Assembly: GCA_013239625.1 (NCBI GenBank)
Contig: MU053482.1
Span: forward strand, 2,519,168-2,583,167
Source: Lama guanicoe
Lineage: Eukaryota
Direction of reading: 5' to 3'
DNA: 64,000 nucleotides
Position 1 is the stretch's first letter, and each line of letters opens with the position of its first letter. A program made the translations under genes and the position numbers. The notes beneath the pieces are model-generated. The model worked only from the letters and a program-made list of their open reading frames with translations. It had not been told where the DNA came from and made no database searches. Positions 26,269 through 39,925 of this stretch are shown here, in pieces.

Positions 26269-28759
26269 CTCCATCTCTGAGTTCTTCTGAAACTCTTCTG
26301 TGGGAGCTATTGTGAGAGCCATTTACTGGTCATAAAACAAATCTACTCCTTTGAATGTAGTTCACATGACATTTTCAGTTCCCACCCTAGCTCCTAGAAC
26401 TGAAATCAGCATTCTGTCTAGGTGTGGTCTAACTAACATCTTTCAAAACAGTACTATCCGCTCTCTTTTTCAATAATATCTCTCTATTAATGCAAGGTAA
26501 AATCACAACTTTTTGTCAACCAAATCACACTTTTGCCATAAGTCAAACTTGCATCCAACTAAAAGTCTCACATTTTTGTGTTGCTATTAAGTCATATCTC
26601 CCTTCTAATACTTCTACTTTTGTACCACCTGTTTCATCATACAGCTCAAATCTCTTACCCCCAACTATATCCTAATCATTCCATTCAAAACATTCTTGAA
26701 TCAAAAAATGGTATTTCCCTCCTCTACCAGTCTACTCCCCTAATAAAGAAAAAACCATTCTAGATTGACTAGAAATGTGTCACTTCTTCTCAGTCTTGAA
26801 AATATGTCTTGCAGTAAGTCCATGATTCCTTAAAGGTTATTGACAGTGACTAAATGATAATCACCCCAAAATTCTTTCAGAACTCAAGTAGGTTTATTTA
26901 TACTAAAATACTCAAGTAATTTGTCTGGGTCAGGAGACTTGAATTCACTCAGAGGAATTAAATGCTCCTATATAAATGCTTAATGATCTCAGGTTTCAGT
27001 CTCCTCTTACCAATTCAGTTATATCCTCTCCAATCTATAGATAATTTACCACGACAATGGGGCAAAAAAGCTTCTGGTGCCATTTCAGTCTTGCAGCTAT
27101 TTTTTTCAAATGTGGTTATTTGGAATTTCACATTTAGAGTATTGCCCAGCGTAAAATACCATTTTTGAAGAAATATTTAGCACAACAAAAGCTTTTTTGG
27201 AGGGGTGGAGGGAGGAGTTCTTTGAAGCAAATCCATAAAAGTGTTAGAGGAAGCAGAAATGCTAATTATAACAGTTCTTACCACAGCAGCAGAAACCAAA
27301 CTAACCAATCTATTACAGAATGAGGCTAAAGGAGAATTCTGAAAATGAATACACTTCTGCTACCACTGAAAGAGAAGAAAATGTGTCAAGCCAAAAATTT
27401 TAATTATCTCTCAAGGTGAAAATATTCCCACAATTCATCAAAATATCAACCCACAGATATTTACTAAATGTACAAGACATTTAATCAAAACAATTCATAC
27501 AAAACCTCACATCATACTCACATCCTCTCAACAAATCCAAGCTATAAATATAAGTACAATCAGAGTGATGTTTTCTCCACTCACTCACTATAGGATAGAG
27601 AACCTGTCTACCCCACACTCAGCCATTCTGCTACATTACCACATTATTCCACACTCAAGCAATTTGTCTATCAATCCTGATTGAGTTCCTACTGTGCAGC
27701 ACATAGCTCTATGCCAAGTGCTATACAGACATAAAAATTTACCATTCAAAACCAACTGGTCCCAGAATTCATGAACATACTTGAGTAAACTATCTCATTC
27801 TCCAGGCAGACAGGTCTCACAAATCTGAACAAACCTCTCATCCAGATGAAGCTAGGAAGGTACTGCAGTATATCCTATAGCACAGATGCTATGTGGAAGA
27901 AATAGGACTTAAAGACAGGCAAATATAGATTCAAATACTAGTTGCACGTGTTGTTGAATTTTAAGTAACATGCCCAAGGACTCTCTTCCATAAATCTCAG
28001 TTTTCTCATCTGTAACATGGGCATAATTAATTATACATATCTCATAGGTCTATTGACAGACTGTGTGTAAATACATGTAAAGCATATGGGACATACTTAC
28101 ATGGAGCATGCGAGGTGAAAAAAAAAAAAGAAAACAGCCATACATGCAAGAGTCACCTCTAAATCTTTAACCATAAAAACAAGACACAGAAATGTCCTGG
28201 CAATTCCCAAATGTTTCTCAAGAAGGAAGCCTCTACTGCATGAGAGTGACAACATATATCAGCTTCACAGAACAGCAAACATGGCTGTATCAAGAACACT
28301 CACATGTTTCTAAGTCCAAATTTCAAACTACAGCTTATAATAAGGAAGCACACAACACTCTCTTTCTCCAGAGCACAAAGGAGATATAAGAATCTGGGAG
28401 CCTCCTGTCAGGTTACCCTCAATAACAGAAGAAAGTTATCTTTACCCCTAAGACTTTTTATAGTAACAATTTGTTTTAGCAGTTTCCTCAACCACTAAAA
28501 TTTTACCAATTGGTACTAAATCCAAGAACAAAGACTAGGATTTGTTTTACTAAATGTGTGTTAAAAGCACTGTATTGGTTATATCAAAGCCTTGTTGTAC
28601 TTCAGGCCCAGCTGTGAGAGCAACAGAAATGTTTCTCTTTCACTCTGTAGATAATACTGATAAATGGCACACACTCATACAAAAAAAGGTAGGGGAGCTT
28701 TTTGAGGGAGTACAGAATAGTGTGATAGCATAGTGTTTAAGAGGGTTTGCTCTGGATTG

Positions 28760-29190
28760 CAGATCTAAATGGGAAAGGTAAAACAATAAAGGCTTTAGAA
28801 AGAAAGAAAGAACATCCTTGTGACCCTGCAATAGCAAACATATCTTAAACAGAACAGAAGAGGCATGAAGCATAGAAAAAACTGATAAAATGGACTACAT
28901 TATAACTAAAAGTTTGTGTTCATCAAAAGTTATCATTGGGAGAATGAAAAGGAAACACACAAATCACAAGAAGATATTTGCAATACATATAACTGACAAA
29001 AGACTCATATCTAGAAAATACAAAGAATTCCATTAAATCAATGAGTGGAAAAAAAAAAAACCTTAAAGAAAAATGGCAAAACTTGGATACTTCTAAAAAG
29101 AGGAAATACCAGTATTTGATAAACTTTTGAGAGGTACTCAACTTCATTAGTCATCCAGAAAACGCAAGTTTAAGTAATGCAATAACCCCA
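28760..29190 (+). mobile_element. Old L1 ORF2 fragment
   Basis: aaaactgataaaatggactacatt...gaagatatttgcaatacatataactgacaaaagactc. Confidence 0.7.
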
Positions 29191-32100
29191 AATAACCAAC
29201 TGAGTATGGGAAAACAATCCTATCCTATTCCTCTCTTCTACAGACCTCCACATTCTTTATTACTCAGCACTTACAAAAGCTGTAGAAGTTTTACTTATTT
29301 AATTTCTAAAAGGTAAAGTACTATGCCTTATATCAGGGGGAAAAAAAACCATGGTTACATACAATTCCTTGAAAATCTGAATAAGGAGCCTTTATCTTCT
29401 CATAATTAATACAAATCTTTATCAAATATCTACAATGTAAAGCACCTCTAGCAAAGCTAATAAATTTGCCTACCAGACTCTTGGACAAGAGGAGTTTATA
29501 ACATAACTTTGTAATGTTTTCATTTTTATAATGACCTATGGTTTTTATAATCAGAAAAAAAATTAAAATTTTAATGGTCATTGTCAAATAAAGACTCTGG
29601 GGAAAACAAGCGACACCTAATTTACCCAAAATAAAATCTCTGGTTTTCTTCAACAACATAACAATAATTAATACCTATCTTCATAACTAGGCTAAAACAT
29701 TGTTAGAGAGCCATTACTCTAAAACTACAAAAACAAAGAAAGAAAAGGACATCAGAAATGACACAACTGAGAAAGGAACCATCTCTTCTGACATTCCTGG
29801 AAAGTAGTTCTATATATTTTTTAGTAAATGTAATTTGTTATAAATTGGTTTATCCACTTATAAATCATGGTTTATGGCTATTATTTCTAAATCATTTCCT
29901 CTTTGTCTTCGGGACTTTAAAAATCCTGAGTTTCTTAGTTGCTTCTCATACCCTTTCATTATAAATAATATGATAAATCAGAAGTCACAGGCAGCGCCCA
30001 AACTACAACCAAAAAAGATGCAAACTGCAGGCTACACTGAGGGATTTCTGAGGTTAGCAAATGCAAATCATTTTCTTGCCTTTTCAAAGAAAACAGGCCT
30101 CAAAAAGTGTAAAACATCCTGAAACAGTCACACAAAAAAGAGAGCTTCTTAGAAACTAAGCCCAGTAACTATTCGGTCTAAGAAAGACATTTTCAGAATT
30201 GTTAAGTGTGGAGAGACAGGGGAAAAAAAAAAGTATGAAAGAACAACCAGCCTTAACTATAATTCAAAAAACGAATGACCTGGCTTCTCTCCTGAGAGAT
30301 TCCTCTACTGCATTGTGGTTTGGGGACTGAATCAAAAAGGCCACATCACAGCTCTGTTATTCAGTGATTAAGCCATTGCTTCAGTATTCCCAAATCTATC
30401 ATTTTAAAAGAATAATCTCATCAATGGTGAGACAGAAAACCTGGATTCTAACAGTTCCTTCTAACTTTCTGGGTGACACTGGACAAAAAAAAAAAAAATG
30501 TATTTCAAGTGGGGCTGAAAATATTAAAAACTGTTTAAAAACTATAAAGTCATTGGCAAGTATTAATCATTGCCATCTGTCAAAAGCGGTGGCTGGACTA
30601 GCTAAGATCTAGTGCTGACAGTTTTTGATTTTGAGACCAATATAAATAAATGCACACTCATATTTTGCCAAGTAGCAATAGTTTAGAAAACAAGGAATCC
30701 CACACTCACAGAGGAATGAAGCTTCATTAGACGAATCTCCACGTATTTTCTCCCTGCTCAAGTCCTCTCAGCACTTCATGAAAACATTTTAGACTAATGT
30801 AGCTAGTTCAGTCCATAAAGTAGACCACAGATGGCCTAGCAAAATTTTGACCTGACCTACCGATCACACGAATGAACAGAAAAAAATTACTAACCTGGTT
30901 CTCTTTTAACAGGAAACTATGACAGATCCCATGGATGACAATCAAGCAAATATCCTAAGTGTAACATTTTAGAAATTTGATCGTCTAAACTACAGCTGCT
31001 CCCATCTAATTTCCTAGAGCCATACCTGGCCCTTCAGAAACGTACTGCAGACAGCTTGAGAGCTGTCACGTGCTCATTTTCACCATGACAGGACTCTGAC
31101 ACTCATAAACCCAATCCAGGATTCTATACACTCCAACCTAAAACCAGCCTTCACAAAACATCTGGAACATAGATATTTGACCAATATCTGCCTCACTTAA
31201 TAAATTTTGAGAGCTAAATCTAAAAATTTGGCAACAATAACCTATGTGTAATCACTGAATTCCATAAGAAGTCACCAGCTTGTGTAAGGGAAGGCTTTCT
31301 TTCTTTCACTAGGTCCTATGCCATATCCAGCAGGAACCTAAAACATATCAAATATAGGTTCCTCTATGTGCAGCTAGGTTCCTGAGAGACCTCTAAGACC
31401 ACCTGACAGTAATTCAAACCCAGGAATGACAACAGGAATTGAGGACCCAAGCAAAGTCCAAGTACACCTTCCACCAGAGTTAGCCAAAAAACAGGCTTAT
31501 AAAAGGATATAGAACTGGAAATGGGTGTTACCAAAGGAGGCCTCAGGCAAGGAAAATTTTATTTATAATCTAGGAAGGAAGGAAGGAAGGGCTGAACAGC
31601 ATCTAAGAGAATTTCACTTAAGCACCGAACACTGTGACTCAAGATTTCCTCCTAAGAAGAGAGGAGCAGAGCCACAGTGTCATTAAAGTAAAATCCACTT
31701 ACCTTCAGTGAGATCCTCACCTCCTGAGGGAGTGTAAAGTGGGGTTCTCTTAGGTTTAAGAATATAGTCCCTCTAACTAAATTTAGCATATAATTTTAAA
31801 CCACCTTGGGGTTGCTCTGTAATTGTTTTCTGTGTGTTAGTCTCTTTTCTTCACTTCATATTTGCTCTACCTTATAAAAGGAAACAAATGACCTAACTTT
31901 GGAAACCTCCCCCTCCCACATGGACCTCTGTAAGTATCCACAGATGCTTGAGGTAAGCTATCAGGATTTGAATTCCATTTCAGCTAGGAGTCTAAGCTTT
32001 AGAGCAGAGATGTCTTTCTAAAATGACCATGGGAGAATTTGCACAGAACTGACCAGATTTGTAGAGGAAAATAAAAAGGTTAGCTCAAATTGACTCCGTT

Positions 32101-32194
32101 TGAAACTGGCTCATCAAATTTTTTGTACCCACTTCATCTTTGAGAAGAGATAGCCTTTTTTTATTTTTTGTTTCTTTTAAATAAGATATACTTC

Positions 32195-33092
32195 TTAGTC
32201 ATCAGGAATATGCACATCAAACCCACAAGGATACCACTTCACACCCACTAGGATGCCTATGATCAAAGATAGTAAGTGTTGGTAAGGACATAGAGAAAAA
32301 GGGAAACTTTCATACACTGCTAGTGGGAATATAAACTATGCAGTTGTTTTGGAAAACAGTCTGCAATTTCTCAGAAGGTTAAACACAGAGTTGCCATGTG
32401 ACCCAGCAATTCCACTCCTAGGTATATACCTAAGAGAAATGAAAACATATGTCCACACAAAAATGTACACAAATGTTCACAGCAGCATAATTCATAATAA
32501 CCAAAAAGCATATAAATAGCCCAAATGTCCATCATTTATGATAAGTAAAATGTGGTATATTCACACAATGAAGTATTCAGCCATAAAAAGAAATGATGTA
32601 CTGATATATGCTACAATATAGATGAAACTTGAAAACAAGCTAAGTAAAATAAGCCAATCACAAAAGACCATGTTATATTATTCCATTTATAATGAAATGT
32701 CCAGAATAGACAAATCCATAAAGATCAAAAGTAGATTAGTGGATGCCTAGGGGTCTGTGTGAGGTTAGGGAGTTCGAAGGATATGGGAATTGACTGCTAA
32801 TGGGTTATGGGTCTTCGGGGGAGAATATTCTAAAATTGATTATAGTGATGACTGCACAACTTTGTGAATATACTAAAAGACACTGAATTGTGTAAACAGG
32901 TGAATTATATATCTCGATAAAGGTGTTTTTATATGTTAGAGAGAAAAAAGAAAACACTTATATAAGTGATAAAGCAAGTAGAGCAAAATGTTAACAGTGA
33001 ATCTGGAAAAAGGATGTACGGAAGTTCTCTGTACTATTCATGTCAGCATCTGCTGTGAAATTACATCAAAAGAAAAAACTAAAAAAAAAAAG
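32195..33092 (+). mobile_element. L1 (L1MB-like) ORF2 end + 3'UTR, with an adjoining older L1 3' fragment
   Basis: gacccagcaattccactcctaggtatatacc and ccagaatagacaaatccat motifs. Confidence 0.85.
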
Positions 33093-35903
33093 ATATCTCT
33101 CTTGATAATCACACACAGTATTCTTGCTTAACATGAAAGAGAAACCTACACTAGAAAAAAATGCCATGCCTGCTCCTGCCCCTGCCAAATATTTCACTTG
33201 TCTCCCCCTTATTGATCAAATAACTACAAAGTATGTAAAGAATCGTGTAAGTAGCAGAAAAGAAGAATAAAAACGTGACCAAGGGAGACAAATATTCTCC
33301 AACTTTCTCAGGTCCTCAGTTTCCTCATATGTAAAAAGCAGGTTATATGATCTCTAAAAGTGCTTCCATGTTTGACATTCCATGATTCTATTGTTCTAAT
33401 TTCATTGCTTAATATGGTTAAAGAGAAGTATGTAAGATGTGACCAGTCCTCTGGCTTTCCTGGACAAAGAGCACTTTTTCTCCCTTCTAATGGTGACAGT
33501 AAGAGATGATTTCAGTGTATTGTCAGTGGTCTAAGCAGTTTTATACCGGACCCTGGCCAGTTGCCCATCTATCTGCATCCCCAAGCCCTCTCTTCAATTC
33601 TTGACAAGACCTGCCTCTCAGAGCCTGAGAAAACTGGAGTAGTGAATGAACGAATCGAGGATACTTACATCTCAATGCCAGATGCAGGTCAGTGCAGAAG
33701 AATTTAAAGATTTCAAAGTAAGAAGTACGTTACAAGCATTCTAGAACTGTAACTCTCAGGCAGAGACAGGGAAAGTAAACTCAGGAATCTCACCTCACAG
33801 TAAACCTTCTCCTGCAGTCCACTGGGGGTGACCATAAGAAGAAGGGAAAATGAAGATGCCCAGAACACCCATCCATCAAAGAGGAAGGACTGGACTCTAC
33901 TACCATCTGCCTCCCCACTTAGCATGGGCCAACAGTAACAGAAAATCAAAATCAAAAACACTTCTTCCAGATTTGTTTATCTACTTGACAAACTCAAAAA
34001 GCTAATAAGCAGACACTATTTCCTAGAATTGGCTAGACTTGTGCTCCACCAATAGATTACCTTCCTCTCCTTCAACCCAAAGTATTTCCTCAACTAACCA
34101 AAAGAAAACAAAGTTAATTTTCACTTGCACTGTTCCTTGCACAATAAATAACTACATAACTTGCCTAAATGCTTGAGTCTGGAAGAAATGGGAAGAGGTG
34201 ACAGAGGGAGACTCCTATAAAATTCAATGATCTGAGTCTATATTCAACACAGCAAATTCGATGCTTATTGTTGCAAACAGAAAAAGAATGAATCTTAATC
34301 TTTCTCCGTAAAGCGAGAAGGAACATTGAGCATCTTTGATTTGCTTGTTCTGGATTCACTTTTTAAGAGCATACAAGCTATCTGAGGTATATAACTTAAT
34401 TTGCTTGGAGAGAGTATAGACTCCTCAGTACCTCCCTAGAGAACCTGGGTGCAATTCACAATTTCCTGTAGTTTCATTTACTATGACATCATCAGTTTGG
34501 GAGCTATAAGGCAGAGAGAAAATGCACCCTGGAGAGTCTCAAGACTGACCCGCATAGAGCTATTTGTATTCTGTTTTGTTTTACTCAAAGATTCCCTCTG
34601 GGTAGTCCAGATTCCCCTATCAACCCACCAGAAATGAAATGAAGGAAAAAAAGAAATCCTTCAATCAGTGCTTATTCTAACAAAGGCCATCTACTGAATA
34701 GATGGTCTTGGCATTCCACTACTGCAACCACACTTAAAAACACAGAAAAATACCCTTCTCTACAGTTCTTATACAGCCCTGTCTTTATTCTCTCAATAAG
34801 CTTCACAGGGATATAATTTTAGCTTGCTGAAAAGCCAGATAATTAACAAATATTCACTAAGAGAGAATTAACATTTTTGAGGGTTTACTTGATAAGATAC
34901 TTTTTATTTACATTCTCTTTTTTATACATGAGGACCCCAGCAGAGTTATCTAACTTGGTCCCCAGTCAGAGAAAGTCAACAGCAGAGTGAAAATGTTAAA
35001 ACCCAAAACCCATGCTCTCACTAACAAACCAAATCACTTTCCCACTCCACTCCTCTGCTTTATCATTTGCAAACCATTCTCTTTGTTTCTGAAAATCAAA
35101 AGTCTATATAATTTAATAGACACTGAAAAGCACAGCATAAAAATAACGCTAGTTTAGTCCACCAATTTAAAGTTTCTTTTCCTGGGGAGAACTGTGTTAT
35201 TTTTAGTCTTCTCAACATGTAGTGTTTTATAAAGGCCCAGCCAAGTAATTAGATTCAGTTTAGTGTCAGGAGAGGAGCACTGGATCAAAGTCAGGCAATT
35301 AACTAGCAGGACATAGGCCCTACTGTCCTTCCTAGGCCTCATTTTCCTCTCTGAGGTCCCTTCCAGTTCCAATTCCATGATGTGAATTCCAACAACTACT
35401 TCACAAAGTCACAAATTTATGAAACATAGATGAAAAATTTACACCTGTACTGTAAGAATTTCAAGACCTAAAAAAGTGAACTTAAAGCTACCCCAACAAA
35501 AGGTCTAGTATTAACTGTATTACTGCTTCATGATTTTTCTCCACCTGCTATTAATTTTAGGAAATAGTGTATTTGCTCTGACCTTGTTAAAGGTCATCAA
35601 TTCATCACTTTTTAAAAACAGTCCATTTTGAAGTATGCATCTTTTTTTTTCATAAGAAACAATAAATTTTTCTGGTGGGGGGGGACCTGTCCTGTCATCT
35701 CTGAAGCAAAGTAAAATTAGTCAACAGGATAATCACTTTCAGGAGAGAAACTTTACAGCGAACACATCACAAAAGAACACTAGAAAGGAGTATTCCTCAT
35801 CAAATCAGAATGACACAACCAACCTTCACCCCATGAAACCTGCAAACTGGACACTCCAGACAAAAACTTTTCCAAAACTGTTGCAATTCAAAGGTTCCAA
35901 TGA

Positions 35904-35983
35904 CGATGCAGTGGAATTCGCGGGGATTCTACAATTCTGACACCGGTGCAGTGGAATTCACAGGGATTTTACAATTCTGACAC
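35904..35983. repeat. 40-bp tandem duplication (4 mismatches)
   Basis: cgatgcagtggaattcgcggggattctacaattctgacac / cggtgcagtggaattcacagggattttacaattctgacac. Confidence 0.95.
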
Positions 35984-36490
35984 ATCTTGCGTAATTAGTG
36001 CCAAATCTAATCTGGGAGCTACCCTCACTTCCCCACCACCTCCCCTTTGAAGGATGACTCGAGAGGCATCACTATGCAACCCAGGCCCTCCAACAAGGTT
36101 GCTGCCCTTTTATACATAAATGACTGTGGCCTCATAAAGGACATAAATTATTTTCATTAAAAAAAAAAGGCATGGTCCCGGGGTACGAGCCCTTTCTAGA
36201 ACTAATGGAGTTCTCATCCTCCTTGGACCGGCCCAAGTTCACTTTATTACTTCATGTCCCATCAACCCAGGGGCACAGCTCAACGGCTGGGTTAGAACGG
36301 TTTTGAGGAACTGTGATCACAGGCTTCTTGGGAAGAGGCCAGATAAACTCACCAAGTTTTTGTTTTTCTTTGTTTTTCTTTTTTTTTTTTTTTTAAGTCT
36401 GGGTAGAACTTACTTTCACCAGGACGTAGGATGCCTTCTTCCCTCCCAAATGGGGGTGTTCGAGGACAAGCTTCCCTTTATTTTATACTA

Positions 36491-36961
<471 letters not shown>

Positions 36962-36975
36962 TCAGGCCGCCCCTC

Positions 36976-37000
36976 CCGCCGCCGCCGCCGCCGCCGCCGC
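36976..37000 (-). repeat. (CGG)8 repeat in the DENND5A 5'UTR
   Basis: Eight uninterrupted CCG units on the + strand. Confidence 0.95.
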
Positions 37001-37222
37001 TACCGCGGCTCGGGGCACCGCCCCCGGCCTTGGCCCGGTCCCCGCGGCCGCCGCGGCTGCCGTGACGGGGCAGGGGGGCACCGGGCCGCCCCGCGCCGCA
37101 TCCTGGACGCCCTCCCCTCCGCACCGCCGCCGCTGCCGCCTGCCGAGAGCGCCGCGGCCGCACGGAGCCTGAAGAAGGGCGAAGAGCGCTGAGGAGAGCG
37201 CCCACCGCGGCCCCCTCCCGCC

Positions 37223-37280
37223 GCGCCTGCGCACGCGCCGTCGGGGAGGGGGCGGGCGCCTCGCGGAAAGGATGACGTGA
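37223..37280. promoter_or_regulatory. Proximal promoter motif cluster: NRF1-like GCGCCTGCGCA (37223-37233), SP/KLF GC box GGGGAGGGGGCGGG (37243-37256), CRE/UPRE-like TGACGTGA (37273-37280)
   Basis: Motifs read directly, just upstream (minus-strand sense) of the probable TSS region at ~37150-37200. TSS position is inferred. Confidence 0.65.
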
Positions 37281-39714
37281 TGCTCTTTGGACCCTGCGGG
37301 CCGCAGCTTCCCAGGCGGTCTCCGCAGCGCGGCCGGCTGCTGTCCGGTCGCCTGCGACCGCCACCCGCTCCGGACTGCGACTCATTTCGGAAGGGCTGAG
37401 AAGGTGCGGGATGAGTGGACGCACCCCGCAGAGTCGGGACCCTGGCCCATGCTCCTCCCCCACCTCCGCCTCCCACTAGAAGGTCTGGCTATCTCCTCCT
37501 TAGCCCGGCCCTGTCACAGGCACAGAGTAGCAGGATTGAGCTCGGAAGCCCGCTTCATCCTAACTCCAGGCTGTCGGCCTAGACCCGAGATAGAGCCCTC
37601 TCCCTGACCCCGCTCCCTGACGCCCATGCCCAACCCTCTCCTCAATACAGCTGAGGATGCCCTCTCTTTTGGCGGAGGTGGATCTTCCCGCCCTGTTTTT
37701 ACCCTTGTCTTACATATGGGGAAACTAAGGCTCAGAAAAAAGCAAGGACTTTCCCCAAGGTTACATAGAGTCTAAGAGACAAAGCCTGGGCTAGAATTCT
37801 GGGCTCGTGGTCATTCCCGCCCCCTCACCCCCACCCCAACCTTTTTCCCGTGCACCAAGCTGTCCCTTTATCTCTCCTAGAGCCTCCAGAGGCCCCTGCC
37901 ACTTGGGAGCCCCCTTTCTGGTTCTGAGAATTCTCAATTCCATTTCTGAGCCGTTTGTCCTGAGAGAAGTAGGGGATGAGGAGGAAAGAAACTTGCTTTC
38001 TGGTACTTGTTTTGGGTCTCTTCGTTTTGGTTTCCCACAGAAGCTAAGCAGGAAACGGGAGATCAGAAACCAAGAAGGCAATATGTATAGTGGTTACTAG
38101 CATGGGCTCTAGAAACAGAACGCTCAGATTTGAATCCTGACTTTATCGTTTACTATGTAAACTTGGGCAATCTCCAGGTGCCAGCAGTCATGGTTTTTAT
38201 GTAGATTACATAAAATAAATGTGCATGCAGATTAAGTGGTCAGAATAGTGCCTGGAACTAGAAGGCACTCAATAAACATTAGGTATCATATCATTATTCC
38301 AGCAAGAGATGTGCTCAGGGTTTCCTCTGGCAGGCTGCTGCTAAGGGCCCTAGAAGGCAGCTGGCTTCCCCAAGGGCTGACCCTGGGTACTTCCCTCAAG
38401 TATTGGTTCCCACGGGGAGGGTGGCTTGCAGGTCACAGCCAAAGTCACTTGGAACCATAGCACCTGCTCCTCCTTGTATGTAAACTGCCTGAACTAGTAA
38501 GAGAGAAGTGCAGAGAAGGTAGCTTCACAAAGAGCATTTAGGTTGATGCCTCACCCTATGTTGCATGCTGAGGACACAGAGACAGTAGAGGGGCTCAGAG
38601 AGCTAATTACAAAACACAGAAGGAGGGCATCTCTGCCAGTTGGGAGATGGTGAGGCAAGGCTTCCAGAAGGAGGTATAATCCAGCCTGAATTCCAAAGGA
38701 TCAAAAGGGATTTCTCAAGTAAAAGGGGGAAGGAAAGATGTTTCAGGCAGCATGTGCAACAACAGGGAGTAACAAATTAAAATGGTTTCATACAGATAAC
38801 AAGTAATTCATTTCTTTGGGAAATAAAGAATTAAAAGGAGATGAAACCAGGGAAAGAGGAGTGGGACAGAGCAGGAAAGGCTTGGAATGCCAGACAAAAG
38901 AATTTATCCTGTAAAGTATGTGTGTGTCAGAGGGATGGTAAATTGAAGGAATTCAAGCTGAGGAGTGGCAAGATCTGACTTACATCTTAGAATGCTCACT
39001 CTGGGAGTCACATGGAAAAAGAGACTTGAAAAAGGCTTAAGTGTCCTCAGTTTGAAGTCCAGCAGCTTTTTATCCAATGTGTCTAGGGTGATCAGGTGCT
39101 AGGTGACCTCTCACACTAACTCAACTCATAAAACAAGTTAGAAACAAAAGACTGTATTAATTTGCCCTGAGAAATTGCTCAGAGGCCCAAAATACTCAGC
39201 TGTAAAGTGATCTCCTTCCCAGTAGGAAATATGTTTGGCAGGGTGATTGCTTCTTTGAGAGTCAGAGAAAAAAACAGAGCTGGATGCTCTTAAGATTTAA
39301 ATCCTCACTCTCACTCTTACTAGCTGTGTGAGCTGAGGCACATTAGTTAACTTCTCTGGAATGAGAATAATCATTCTTACCCCTCACAAGATTGCTTTCA
39401 AGATCCATAAATTAATTTAAGAAATTTACCTAAAATTACAGATTTTGTAAATGGTTAAGTTGGGATTTGTATCTTGAGTGTCTGATTTTAGAGACCCATG
39501 CTATTACAAGAATACATTATAATACCAATATTTGTTGTACTGAAAAATCCCAACAGTGAAATTTATAAGTCAGGGAACTGATCCTTCAAACATTCACTAA
39601 GAAGTGCTATTTTAGCATAAATTTCTGTAAGATAATTTTCAGTAAAGTACAAAATTCTTTAGTTCCATCAGTTCTTTAATAAGTGAGTTTGTTTCTTCTA
39701 ACTTTTATTTAGTT

Positions 39715-39925
39715 CTTTTTTTGAATTTTTTGAAGTATAGTTGATGTAAAAAAATTATGTAAGTTACAGGTATACAAAATAGTGATTCACAGTATTCAAA
39801 GGTTATACTCCATTTACAGTTATTATAAAATACTGGCTATATTCCCCATGTTGTGCACTATATCCTTGTAGCTTATTTTCTGCCTAATAGTTTGTACCTC
39901 TTAATCCCCTACCGCTGTATTGCTT
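39715..39925 (-). mobile_element. L1 3' end fragment
   Basis: ttgaagtatagttgat...gtaagttacaggt; reverse complement of the element at 7590-7935. Confidence 0.8.

Noticed and set aside
25501..26322. Active L1 or independent protein-coding ORFs
   Set aside because: 5'-truncated, frameshifted ORF2 remnants lacking the endonuclease and RT core.
35904..35983. CRISPR-like repeat array
   Set aside because: Only two adjacent copies with no spacer, in mammalian DNA lacking cas genes.
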